Positions 28,015-37,021 of a DNA stretch of 64,000 nt are shown piece by piece. The position numbers and the translations under genes are program-made. The stretch is from a virus. The notes under the pieces were generated by a model that worked only from the letters and a program-made list of their open reading frames with translations, had not been told where the DNA came from and did not search any database. Every line of letters begins with the position of its first letter. The first letter of the stretch is position 1. The stretch lies in the IMG/VR virus record IMGVR_UViG_3300043811_000032, positions 34,692-98,691 of that record. One strand, written 5' to 3'.

Positions 28015-30140
28015 GCCTCCGCCTCCCCCCAGTTGCTCGGATGATAGTTAATCGCCACGCGGAGGGGCACGCCAATATCCACCCCCGACTCCTCCATCAG
28101 CTTTGCCAGCTTGCGCACCTTGGGCAGGTTCCGCTTGCCGCCGGCTGGGAAGTCGAAGTCGATCTCGTCGTGTACTTGCAGCACCATCCGCCCGTCGAAG
28201 CCGTCCTCGCGGCGCCACTTGTCCAGTTGCTCTCGGCAGCGGATCATAGCCTTGAGTGTGCACCACATCGCCCCGCCCTGCGTCCGGTAGTTCAGCGGGA
28301 TCGTCGGACTGATCTTACCCCACTCGGTCCGAGTGCACATCAGCGGATAACCGTGGTGCGGGTCCACCGTCTTGTCGGGCGGTGTCTCAATGTAGCCGTG
28401 CTTGTTGGCGAAGTCTATGCAGTGCTGGTTCCATCGCGTCAGTTCTTTGAGCTTGTCGCTTACCGCCTTGCGGGCACCCTGCTTGTGGGCAGCTCGGTCC
28501 GCCGTCTCGTCGCCGGCCCCGTATTCATAACTGAACCCGAAGTTCTTGCACCACTGGTACCAGGTCGTGCTATACTTCTTCTTGAACGCCCCCTTGGTAT
28601 CGGCTAGCGGCCAGAACAGGTCAGGGTAGATGATACTGGCATTCATCAAGTGGTAGCTGCCATAATACGGCGGCTCGTCTGGCTTCTCGAACAGGTCTAT
28701 CATTAGCCGCTCGCCAGATTCCCAGGCCGGGATTCTGAGTTCTATGTTTTCATAGTCCAGTGCCCACCATTCGCGCCCTTCGGCTGGACCGAACGCATAC
28801 CGCAGGCTCTGCGTCTCCAAGCCAGTTCCACAACACGCTGAGCAGCCTTCGCCCTCGCACTCGCTGCATTCAGCCTCCTGCTTCGACACGTTCTGGCTGT
28901 TAGGGTTGGATGACGACCAGCGGAGCGTATCCGTGCCAGTCGGTGAGAGCGATGGGTGGATATGATACCAGTCCTCCTTGATTGGTATCCAGAACCGGCG
29001 ATACGCCTCCATGTACGCGACCGACGTATCCCGCTTGCGCTTGCGTTGTATCGCCTTGACGAAGTCTAGTTGCTTACCTTCCAAGGTTAGTTCGTACTTA
29101 TCCATCGCCACCTTGTTCAGCGACGGGTTGCCAGTGTCCGTCCACTCCACCACCGGTAGCTTGAGGTATTGCTGCTTGGGACTACCCTCCTGCGGCTTAC
29201 CGAAGCAGAAGTTCAGCAGCGAGTTGTTGTTCCCGCTCTTGGGCAGTTTCAGGTCGTAGTCCAGCCCTTTGGCTATCGCCACGCACTTGGCCCCTGCCTC
29301 GGCACTCTCCGCCTTGTAGCGCGTCGTCAGCTCCTCCAGCCTCATGCGGTTCAGCGTCACCCCCCGCTGCTCCATCTCGTACGCTATCGGCATCGCCTTC
29401 AAGCGACACTGGTAGATGGCCCACAGCCCGCGCCGCCGTAGCTCCGCCTCCATCACCCGCCACAGGGCTACCGTGGTTGCACTATCGGCGTTGGCGTACT
29501 CGGTGGTGACTGTCCACCACTTGTGGTCCTCCGGTAACTTACGGTACTTAGCCATACACCGCGGCAACCACGTATCGTACTTCCACGTCTTAGCGCCAGC
29601 ACTCGGCATCATCTGGTTGCCGGCGTCGTCGAGCAGGTCCTCCTCGGCGATCCGCCACTTGGCCAGCTCCGAGGCCGGCTTGCCCCGCTTGACCTTGAGC
29701 CGTTCCTGTTGGACGATCCGCCGGCACTCCTTCACCGCGTCCTCCATCCGGTCCTCGTAGGGTTGGATGTCGATGCCGAGGTAGTGCAGCGCGAGGCTTG
29801 TCAAGTCGTGCGGTTGGTTCGATGCGAGCACGTGGGCAGCGATCAAGGTATCGTGCGTGTCCTCCCACCGCCAGTAGTCGCCAAACTGGCGGATTGTGCC
29901 CAGTGCCGACACATCGAATTTTCCGTTCTGCATTACCAAGCCGCCCGTCTCGTTAGGGCTCAGTAACTCCGCCAGCTCGTCTACGTCCTCCTCCGGTATC
30001 TGCGGCTTACGGGTCAGTGGATCTACCATCCATTCCCACCAGCGCTGCTCGCCGTCCTCATCACACGTAGTGATGAAGTAAGGCATCGCGCCATGTCTGA
30101 AATCCACGCCCGTCGTTTCCGAGTCAAGAGCACGTATCAT
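28008..30140 (-). CDS. polA: DNA polymerase family A with 3'-5' exonuclease
   Basis: ALDSETTG; LDYENIELR (motif A); K...F...YG (B); QVHDE (C). Confidence 0.93.
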   Translation of the reverse strand: MIRALDSETTGVDFRHGAMPYFITTCDEDGEQRWWEWMVDPLTRKPQIPEEDVDELAELLSPNETGGLVMQNGKFDVSALGTIRQFGDYWRWEDTHDTLIAAHVLASNQPHDLTSLALHYLGIDIQPYEDRMEDAVKECRRIVQQERLKVKRGKPASELAKWRIAEEDLLDDAGNQMMPSAGAKTWKYDTWLPRCMAKYRKLPEDHKWWTVTTEYANADSATTVALWRVMEAELRRRGLWAIYQCRLKAMPIAYEMEQRGVTLNRMRLEELTTRYKAESAEAGAKCVAIAKGLDYDLKLPKSGNNNSLLNFCFGKPQEGSPKQQYLKLPVVEWTDTGNPSLNKVAMDKYELTLEGKQLDFVKAIQRKRKRDTSVAYMEAYRRFWIPIKEDWYHIHPSLSPTGTDTLRWSSSNPNSQNVSKQEAECSECEGEGCSACCGTGLETQSLRYAFGPAEGREWWALDYENIELRIPAWESGERLMIDLFEKPDEPPYYGSYHLMNASIIYPDLFWPLADTKGAFKKKYSTTWYQWCKNFGFSYEYGAGDETADRAAHKQGARKAVSDKLKELTRWNQHCIDFANKHGYIETPPDKTVDPHHGYPLMCTRTEWGKISPTIPLNYRTQGGAMWCTLKAMIRCREQLDKWRREDGFDGRMVLQVHDEIDFDFPAGGKRNLPKVRKLAKLMEESGVDIGVPLRVAINYHPSNWGEAEAC

Positions 30141-30733
30141 GGATGTCTCCTTTGTTTGCCGGAGACAATCCTGTTTATAGAATGGTGCCCTACGCCGTAT
30201 TTCTCGGCCAACTCCTTGGCGTTGCTTTCAAGGTAACTCCATCTACGGTAGTCCCTACGGATCTCAGCTATCTGCTCGTTGGTTAACTTAAATCCCCCGT
30301 TCCCAGATTTTCTCTTTCTATCCCAATACGCTTTGCCTTTGGCGGATATAGTCGCACGGGTTTCAGACGAATGCACCATTCCTAGAGCGTGCTGGTTTCC
30401 TGGAAACCCAGGCTTCCTCCCTTTGGCCACTGCGTCCCGCACGTTATCTGAGATGGTGCCTAAAAATAGATGCTTAGGTCTAACACATGCCGGATTGTCA
30501 CACTTGTGTAGAACTTGCAGACCGTCGGGGATTTCTCCGCACTGAACTTGGTATGCAATCCTAGAATATCTACCTGTGCTTATGCCAGGTCCTCGCGCTG
30601 AATTCATAACCCAACATTTCCCGTGTACAGGATGAACAGGTCCGTCTATTCTATTCACCCTGTTATAGAACCTTACCGCCACCGGCGTAGGCTTACTACC
30701 TATATTGCTGTTTGGATGTCTTCGTCTAGCCAT
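30137..30733 (-). CDS. HNH homing endonuclease with NUMOD3-like and HTH C-terminus
   Basis: VLHKCDNPACVRPKHLFLGT..DN; HSSETRATIS; LAEKYGV. Confidence 0.9.
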   Translation of the reverse strand: MARRRHPNSNIGSKPTPVAVRFYNRVNRIDGPVHPVHGKCWVMNSARGPGISTGRYSRIAYQVQCGEIPDGLQVLHKCDNPACVRPKHLFLGTISDNVRDAVAKGRKPGFPGNQHALGMVHSSETRATISAKGKAYWDRKRKSGNGGFKLTNEQIAEIRRDYRRWSYLESNAKELAEKYGVGHHSINRIVSGKQRRHP

Positions 30734-30751
30734 CGTATCACCTCTCCATAC

Positions 30752-30818
30752 ACCCTAGAAATAGAGCGGCAGGCCAGTAGGGTTGCACCGGCTTTTCGGT
30801 AGCGAGCCTAGCCGCTCT
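30752..30818 (-). promoter_or_regulatory. Predicted structured (pseudoknotted) RNA leader of the HNH gene
   Basis: Stem 30763-30773/30807-30818; inner hairpin whose loop region (30778-83) can pair with 30752-57 beside the RBS. Confidence 0.5.
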
Positions 30819-30820
30819 TT

Positions 30821-30846
30821 AAGAAAGAGGGCATCCCTGCCCCCCG
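30821..30846 (-). terminator. Intrinsic terminator after ssb
   Basis: gggca-ggga-tgccc followed by TCTTTCTT on the minus strand. Confidence 0.5.
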
Positions 30847-30866
30847 AGGCGTCCTACCTCGTCCCG

Positions 30867-31919
30867 TTACTTGAGCAAGTCCCAGCTGATGCCGGCGTAC
30901 TTGGTCTTCTTGTCCTCGACCGACAGTAGATCCACGGTTTTGTTTTTCTGGAAGACCTTCTGCACCTCGACGTCGATTTTCTTCATCTTCTTGGACTTGG
31001 GATCGCGGACTTCATAGGTGTAGATTTCCTCCACCTTCGGAACCCACGGCGCCCCCTCCTTCGCCGCTGGGGCTGGCTCGCTGGCACCGCCCTGCGCCGC
31101 CTCGATCAGCCCCGCCACCTCCGTCCAGCTGCTGGCGCCGTCGACGTCCTTCAGGTCGACGCCTGCCTCTTGGGCCAGTGCCTTGAGCCGGTCGATGGCT
31201 GTGTCATCCGGTGGGGTCGCGTCCGCCGCCTCGGCCAGGGCGTTGACGTCGTCGCTGCTGCCCTCGTCGTGGGCGGCACCGTTGGCGCTGGGATCGGTCG
31301 CCGTACCCGTCTTGTCATCCACCGCGTTGGCAGCACCGTCGCCGGTGAACTCGCAACGGCCCTTGAAGCTGGTGAACACCATCTCAGTCGGGTTGGGCTT
31401 CTCCTTCGATGCCGGTGGCGTCCAGCCGCGCGTGTCGAACTTGGTGTGTGGCTTGTCCTCGTTCAGCGCTGCCACGATGGCGTCGGCGTCGGTTGCGTCG
31501 GGCAGCTCGGTGGTGCCCAGCAGCTTCTTGAACTCGTTGAGCAGCTCCTGCGTCCAGCCCTCGGTAGTGCCCTCCAGCTTCAGCTCGTAGGTCTTGCGCG
31601 TCTCCCAGCCCTTCGCCTGGTTGGTATCGCAGATGGGGATCATCAGGTTCACCTGCGTCCCCTCGACCGTGACGCCGTTGTGCGTGGCCGGGGCCTTGGC
31701 GACGAACTGGAAGCGGACGAATGGCTTGCCCTTGAGCGGTCCCTCCTTGTACTCGCCGAGCACCACCGCCGTCAGCTGGGCCACGCCGCCGCTGATGCCA
31801 GCCGGCAGGTTGGTGAAGCCCACGTTGACGTCGTCGGTCTTGTGCTCTTGCCAAGCCTTGCGGCCCTTGTCGCCGAGCACCTTGCTCAGCAGTAGACTCG
31901 TACCCTTACTTGCAGGCAT
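30867..31919 (-). CDS. Putative single-stranded DNA-binding protein
   Basis: Follows exonuclease and Sak4-like ATPase; beta-rich N-terminus, acidic Ala-rich linker. Confidence 0.55.
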   Translation of the reverse strand: MPASKGTSLLLSKVLGDKGRKAWQEHKTDDVNVGFTNLPAGISGGVAQLTAVVLGEYKEGPLKGKPFVRFQFVAKAPATHNGVTVEGTQVNLMIPICDTNQAKGWETRKTYELKLEGTTEGWTQELLNEFKKLLGTTELPDATDADAIVAALNEDKPHTKFDTRGWTPPASKEKPNPTEMVFTSFKGRCEFTGDGAANAVDDKTGTATDPSANGAAHDEGSSDDVNALAEAADATPPDDTAIDRLKALAQEAGVDLKDVDGASSWTEVAGLIEAAQGGASEPAPAAKEGAPWVPKVEEIYTYEVRDPKSKKMKKIDVEVQKVFQKNKTVDLLSVEDKKTKYAGISWDLLK

Positions 31920-31944
31920 TGCAGTCTCCTTCTGGTTGAAATAG

Positions 31945-32790
31945 TTAACCCTTGTACGTTCCAGCAATCACTTCGATCATCTTGTGATAATCCGGGTCCA
32001 CGATGCACTCCGGGATCTTGTACCCCTTCGGCACGCGGAATTTCGTCATGAAAGTATCGTGGGGCTCGCAGCGGGCACAGTACTCCACGCCCTTGCCGCG
32101 TGCCGTCGTCTCGATCTCCTGGTTGCCCAGCTTGGTCTTCTTCGTCACCATCACCGGCCGCTTGTACATTTGGAGCGTGTAGTCCACCGCTGGACAGAGC
32201 CATCCGCAGAGCGAGGGCGTCACCGCGGGTCCCACCGTAGGTCGGATCAGGTCAGGGTCGCCGCCGTCGTCTTTGCCACCGAACGTCCGCTCCTGACCGA
32301 TGATGACGATGTTGCCCGGCAGGTTGAGCAGTGCCCGCAGGTACTCCTTGCACTGGAGCGTACACTGTCCGTACTGCTGCTGGCTGGCGAGGCCCCACCC
32401 CTTCTGCGCCGGGATCTCCTCGATACCGAGGATCTCCTTGAGCACGAGGTCTTGGAAGCCGCTGATGTGGTCTAGTACCTTGTTGTCGTACTTAGCGCCG
32501 TCGTCCAGTGCCCGCCTCAGCTCGTCGGTGCTGTTGAGGATCACCGGCGTTATCCGCTTGCGGTTCTCCGGCGTGTTGATACTCCGCAGCTCGCCGGGTT
32601 TGGCACCGCCGCTGCAGAGTAGCCACAAGCACGTGCCAGGGAATGTAGCGGCGAATGTGGTCTTTCCAGATCCGCTCGCCCCGTACACGCAGGCACGGAT
32701 CGAGTCAATCAAGTCCCACGCCGAGGTCGCCGAGCCGTTGCTTGCCGGCTTGGGCGATGGCTTGGGGGTCTGTCGCTGTACTACTGGCAT
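31945..32790 (-). CDS. AAA_24 / Sak4-like recombination ATPase
   Basis: VYGASGSGKTT, VLDHIS, IIGQE. Confidence 0.8.
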   Translation of the reverse strand: MPVVQRQTPKPSPKPASNGSATSAWDLIDSIRACVYGASGSGKTTFAATFPGTCLWLLCSGGAKPGELRSINTPENRKRITPVILNSTDELRRALDDGAKYDNKVLDHISGFQDLVLKEILGIEEIPAQKGWGLASQQQYGQCTLQCKEYLRALLNLPGNIVIIGQERTFGGKDDGGDPDLIRPTVGPAVTPSLCGWLCPAVDYTLQMYKRPVMVTKKTKLGNQEIETTARGKGVEYCARCEPHDTFMTKFRVPKGYKIPECIVDPDYHKMIEVIAGTYKG

Positions 32791-33857
32791 TCCAACTCCT
32801 TGAAGAGAGAGGTTGCACGAGACAAACCGGCCATCGAGCCGGATAGGATGAACTCGTCGAGGTCACTCACGCCGCCCTCGGCCGTGATGTTGTATATTCC
32901 GAACGGCAGCAGGAAGTGGCGGTGTCGGTGTTCCGCGTAGGTCTGTTCACGCATCTGGTAGTCGAACGGGCTGTTACCGGTGCTCTTGCAGAACGCCCAC
33001 CACTCGTAGTCGTCGCACAGGTTCTCCAAGATCGGGTGCAGGCACTCGGTCTTGAACCGTTGCACGTCAGTGTTGGTGATCTCCACCAGCCAGCGAGCGA
33101 AGAACTCCTCCGGCTTCTCGGCCAACGCCTCCTGCAGGTTTTTGAGGATCTTGTGGCTGGGACGCTTCACCACGTTGTAGCGGACGCCGCGTACCTTGCC
33201 CGCGTATTTCTGCCACTTGGGCTCCAGCTTGGCAAAGTCCTCCCGCAGGGTGATAACGTAGATCATCGTCTGCAGGTCTCGTGTCAACTGGCGGGCGATG
33301 CGAGCGTCGTCCACTCTAGATTTGCTCTTGTTCTCCCCGACGTAGACACCTCCGTTGATCAGATCCACTGCGTCGCGCTTGCCTCGGATCCGTACCACCC
33401 GCTCGCTCGGCAATGTGTACTTGGTGTCGAACTGGTGCTCCTGGAACATCGGCACGCGATCCTTGACGTCTGGGTGCTGCTCCCAGTGCTTGATATAGAC
33501 TGGGAACTGTACCTTGGCCTTTTCGTACCAATCACTGATCTCGGCCTGCTGGAGCGGATAGGAGGCGCAGGCTTGCTTGGCACTCTGTAGCAACGCTCGC
33601 TGCCAGTTATCGTCCGAGCCCTTCGTGCGGGCGAACTCCTCCTCCGCCGCGTGCCACATGTCGCCGTAGCCGGTTGGGGCATTCCACCGCTCCTGACCGG
33701 TCAGCCCCTCGATGACCAGCAACCGGAATCGCTCCAAGTCGGCGAGGTATCGTCCCAGTAGGCTCTGCGTCACGCCGTCCTCGGTCGGTCCCTTCCACAG
33801 CGGCTCGGCAGATCGCTTGGGCTTGGGGGGCATCTTCAGGATCTTTACCAGTCTCAT
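32781..33857 (-). CDS. PD-(D/E)XK exonuclease
   Basis: IRGKRDAVD...VGENKS, Q...Y, RYNVV. Confidence 0.8.
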   Translation of the reverse strand: MRLVKILKMPPKPKRSAEPLWKGPTEDGVTQSLLGRYLADLERFRLLVIEGLTGQERWNAPTGYGDMWHAAEEEFARTKGSDDNWQRALLQSAKQACASYPLQQAEISDWYEKAKVQFPVYIKHWEQHPDVKDRVPMFQEHQFDTKYTLPSERVVRIRGKRDAVDLINGGVYVGENKSKSRVDDARIARQLTRDLQTMIYVITLREDFAKLEPKWQKYAGKVRGVRYNVVKRPSHKILKNLQEALAEKPEEFFARWLVEITNTDVQRFKTECLHPILENLCDDYEWWAFCKSTGNSPFDYQMREQTYAEHRHRHFLLPFGIYNITAEGGVSDLDEFILSGSMAGLSRATSLFKELECQ

Positions 33858-34165
33858 ATTCCATCTCCTAACCAGTCCTGTGGTCTGCTCGATGCGAGGC
33901 GGAAGTCCTCGAACAAGCGAGCTACTTCCCTTCGTACGTTGTATGGTGGCCGCTGCTTGGGGAACCGTATCTGTTTGCCACTCGCGTTCTCGAACACCCA
34001 CGCGTCGTCCGAGGAGCCGCCTAGGCTAACCAGTAGCCAAATCTCGGCCGTCTCCTTGTGTCTTACGCGAGTGTGTCCGATTCTAAATCCTCTCGGTAAT
34101 CCATCGCTCAGGACTACGTCCTTCTCTTGTTCCCAGCAGGACGGAGATCGTCTAGTCGGTATCAT
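33854..34165 (-). CDS. Hypothetical protein
   Basis: Coupled ORF. Confidence 0.5.
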   Translation of the reverse strand: MIPTRRSPSCWEQEKDVVLSDGLPRGFRIGHTRVRHKETAEIWLLVSLGGSSDDAWVFENASGKQIRFPKQRPPYNVRREVARLFEDFRLASSRPQDWLGDGI

Positions 34166-34341
34166 GCTTCACCTCCTACGTCCGCGTGCTTCTCCTGGGC
34201 GCCGTGGTACTCCAACTCCTCCACCGCGTGCCGGCAGCACGTCAGGCAGAAGTTGGCTTGGTCCAGGGCCTCGCCGAGGCCGAACCGCTTGGTCATGGTC
34301 AGGGTGCCGCACTGCTCGCAGCGTATCGCGTGATCAACCAT
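34162..34341 (-). CDS. Small zinc-ribbon protein
   Basis: CEQC...CLTC. Confidence 0.5.
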   Translation of the reverse strand: MVDHAIRCEQCGTLTMTKRFGLGEALDQANFCLTCCRHAVEELEYHGAQEKHADVGGEA

Positions 34342-34606
34342 CACTTTCGCTCCTTCGATTTGCAGTACGCTCGTTCGATCCGCTCCGCGATACGGTGGTT
34401 GTCGCGGTCGCCAAGGAACCCGTGGACAGCTAGCATGATCCTGCACCGCTGGAGCCGCTCGTAGAACGGTTCGGCCTTCCAAGCGTTATCTGGCTTCCGC
34501 TTCTTCATCGTCTTCATCGTAGTCCTCCACGCTGACGTCTTTGCAGCCGAGGTCGGCCACCCACTCCGCGAAGTCGAACGCCCGCTCCAGCGTTGCGTAC
34601 CACGGA

Positions 34607-35206
34607 CTAACGCGGAGTCGGCCGCGATTTAGCCACCGGACTCGGAACATTGAGCATCTCCTCTACCGCGTTGGCAACGGTCACTACGGCCCGTTGTATG
34701 AGCAGACCACGTTGAGCTAGGTTGGCACGGATAATCGCCGCAGGGTGCATGATCTCTACCGTCTTGGCGTCGTAGGTCAGGGTCGGCAGCCACTTGGCTG
34801 CGAGTGCTCCCACGGCGACTACCAGCTTGGGCTTGCACAGGTTGATGAACTGCTGAAGTCGGCTGCTGCACGCCTTGATATCAGCCGTCTCGGGCTCACC
34901 GATCTTCATCCCGTCCTCGCTGGTCGGCAAGCACGCCACGAGGTTCGTCAGGGCGTATGTCGGCTTGGGCTCGGGCAACCCTTCCCAGATGCGGTCGATT
35001 ACTGACACTTGAAGTAGCCTACCCGCCGGCCCGACGAATGGCTTGCCTACGGCGTCCTCGCTGGCTCCGGGAGCTTCGCCCGCGAACACTACGTCCGCCG
35101 GCACCGAGCCCCGAGCTAGGACTACGTGTTGCCGCCCCAGCGAGAGCGGGCACTTGGTACAGGCATGCCAGAGGTTCACGTGTTGCATCCACGGGCTAGT
35201 TGGCAT
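34607..35206 (-). CDS. Uracil-DNA glycosylase family 4 (Fe-S)
   Basis: CTKCPL, GEAPGASED..GKPFVGPAG, TNLVAC, HPAA. Confidence 0.9.
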   Translation of the reverse strand: MPTSPWMQHVNLWHACTKCPLSLGRQHVVLARGSVPADVVFAGEAPGASEDAVGKPFVGPAGRLLQVSVIDRIWEGLPEPKPTYALTNLVACLPTSEDGMKIGEPETADIKACSSRLQQFINLCKPKLVVAVGALAAKWLPTLTYDAKTVEIMHPAAIIRANLAQRGLLIQRAVVTVANAVEEMLNVPSPVAKSRPTPR

Positions 35207-35462
35207 AGGTCGCGTCCTCTGGGTGCCACAGCTCCTCGCGGTTCTCCAGCCGCTCGGCCAACACCGCCATCTTCTCAGGGCTACCGGGCAGGGCTCGCGT
35301 CGGCCTACTTGCAGGCTTCACCCGCCGAGTGACCCAGCCCTCGCGCCACGCCGGGCCGACCACGTACCGCGACTTGTAGCGGCTCCGTATGGCCGGTGAG
35401 CGGTAGCACCGCCAGCAGAGCCCCTTCCGGTAGTCCTGAGACGATGGGCAGTGTCGGCACAC
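35196..35462 (-). CDS. Small Zn-finger protein (CRHC...GLCWRCY...PGSPEK...LWHP.D)
   Basis: Motif set I recall from Gemmataceae hypothetical proteins (unverified). Confidence 0.65.
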   Translation of the reverse strand: MCRHCPSSQDYRKGLCWRCYRSPAIRSRYKSRYVVGPAWREGWVTRRVKPASRPTRALPGSPEKMAVLAERLENREELWHPEDATYAN

Positions 35463-35464
35463 GA

Positions 35465-35662
35465 CTAGCTCCCGCAGCAGGTCTCGTTCTCCTGGTACGC
35501 CCCTTTGCCGTTGGGCATCATGGTCAGTCCACCATTCAAGTAGTGAACCCGCTGCGCTGCCTCTGCCTGGTTGCAGTAGTCGCCGTCTGGATGCCACGCC
35601 CCTTTTGGGTCATAGTAGCCCACGGTGAACAATCTCGGCTCAGACTGTAAGTACACCCACAT
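35465..35662 (-). CDS. Conserved small phage protein
   Basis: TVGYYDP.G.W...AAQRVHYLNGG; GAGG RBS. Confidence 0.6.
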   Translation of the reverse strand: MWVYLQSEPRLFTVGYYDPKGAWHPDGDYCNQAEAAQRVHYLNGGLTMMPNGKGAYQENETCCGS

Positions 35663-35876
35663 CGCTGTACCTCCTCGATGGATTTTGGGACGGTCCTTTT
35701 CCTTTGCCTCGTCTCGGTCCCACCACTGTCGCGGGTGGAAGCTCTGGGCGAGCATGCTGCTCCATAGTTCCAACTGGTGCTGTGTCACTGGTGCTCTCCG
35801 GGTAAGTGTTACCGACCCAGAGCGTTCGACTGCCCTCACGCCCCTCCGTTGGTTCGCTAACGGTCTTCGTCCGCTC

Positions 35877-36347
35877 TTACAACTTGCCTTCTCGTTTCCG
35901 TCGGGCATACTCAGCTATCATCAATGCATCGCAGGTGCTGAGCGTCACCTTCTCGGCTGGAAAGATCGCCTGACACCGAGATTTCAGCCGGTTCTTGAAC
36001 GCCGTCTTGCTCTCAGTGCGCTTGCGTGGGGTCACGCCCATAGCCTTCTGCCAGACACGGGGCATGACTTCCTCGAAAGGGATCTGGGCGGCTATCAACG
36101 CCATGCGCAGTCCGCCGTAGCCGGCCCCAAACTTGAACATCGCACTACCGATGTTCCCAGCCGAGCCTGGCATGAACCCACCAACCTTCTCTATCACCGC
36201 GAACTTGGTGTCCACGGTCAGGAACCCCTCGACCCACTCCCACACGTCCGCCTCCGTCTTGGGCATGGCGACGGCAGTCACCTTGACCTCGCCGTAGCCG
36301 AGGGCAGCGAGCCCACCACTGGCCCCCGGATCAATTCCTAGATACAT
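35877..36347 (-). CDS. RuvC-like Holliday junction resolvase
   Basis: YLGIDPGASGG, VIEKV, FKFG..YG, P..WQK, DALMIA. Confidence 0.88.
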   Translation of the reverse strand: MYLGIDPGASGGLAALGYGEVKVTAVAMPKTEADVWEWVEGFLTVDTKFAVIEKVGGFMPGSAGNIGSAMFKFGAGYGGLRMALIAAQIPFEEVMPRVWQKAMGVTPRKRTESKTAFKNRLKSRCQAIFPAEKVTLSTCDALMIAEYARRKREGKL

Positions 36348-36828
36348 AGTAGTATCCTTTACAGATGCCCGACATCTGCGGCTGGCTAACACCAAACCAC
36401 GCCTGATTTTCCTGGATGCCTCCGTCTAATCTCTCTGCAAGCTGCCGCTTGTTTGTCAGTTAGTAGAGCTGCGTAATGCTTCTCACCACCGTTGTCAGTG
36501 CCGTGGATCTTTTTATCTGCTTCGTTCTCTTTCCTAGTGCCCCACAGCAAGTTTCCAAGGACGTTGTTAGTTCTGTTGTTGTCTAGATGCCGGCATTGCT
36601 GTCCTGGAGCCGGCAGACCTTTCCAAGCAAGCAATACAAAAATATGCACTCCAACCGATTTACTGCCGCCGCCTCCAACATAGAGATATCCGTCGCTGCC
36701 TTTCCAAGCAGCTTTTGGAATCCACACGTCCCATAACCTCTTGTGATCACCTTACCGCAGGCAGATACAGCCCACTTGGGACGGTTAGGCACGGGCCTGA
36801 ATACTATGCCGTTGTGGACTACTGGCAT
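36331..36828 (-). pseudogene. NUMOD4-HNH-HTH endonuclease with two frameshifts
   Basis: NUMOD4-like start (36828), HNH core RHLDNNRTNN..NL.WGT..EN in a second frame, HTH tail WFGVSQPQMSGICKG after another shift. Confidence 0.7.
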
Positions 36829-36873
36829 TGATTGCTCCCGATACCTATGAACATGCCGCCCCCGTGGTTTAAC

Positions 36874-36959
36874 ACCCGCACCGCTCGGCTTCGTTGCCCG
36901 GCAAGGAGAAGACGCGCGAGCGGCTGCGGGTGAGTTTATTTTGGTTGCCTTGCCGGGCA
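36874..36959 (-). promoter_or_regulatory. Interleaved inverted repeats (pseudoknot or switch) upstream of the HNH pseudogene
   Basis: 36895-906 pairs with 36948-59 (12 bp perfect); 36874-87 pairs with 36917-31 (14 bp, 1 bulge). Confidence 0.6.
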
Positions 36960-37021
36960 GCGAGATACCTTATACCTAATCGCAAAACAAAAAGGGGGCA
37001 AACGGAGGCGAAATCGTAAAT

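Noticed and set aside
32781-33857. Cas4 / CRISPR system
   Set aside because: No repeat-spacer array or other cas genes; sits in an exonuclease-Sak4-SSB recombination module
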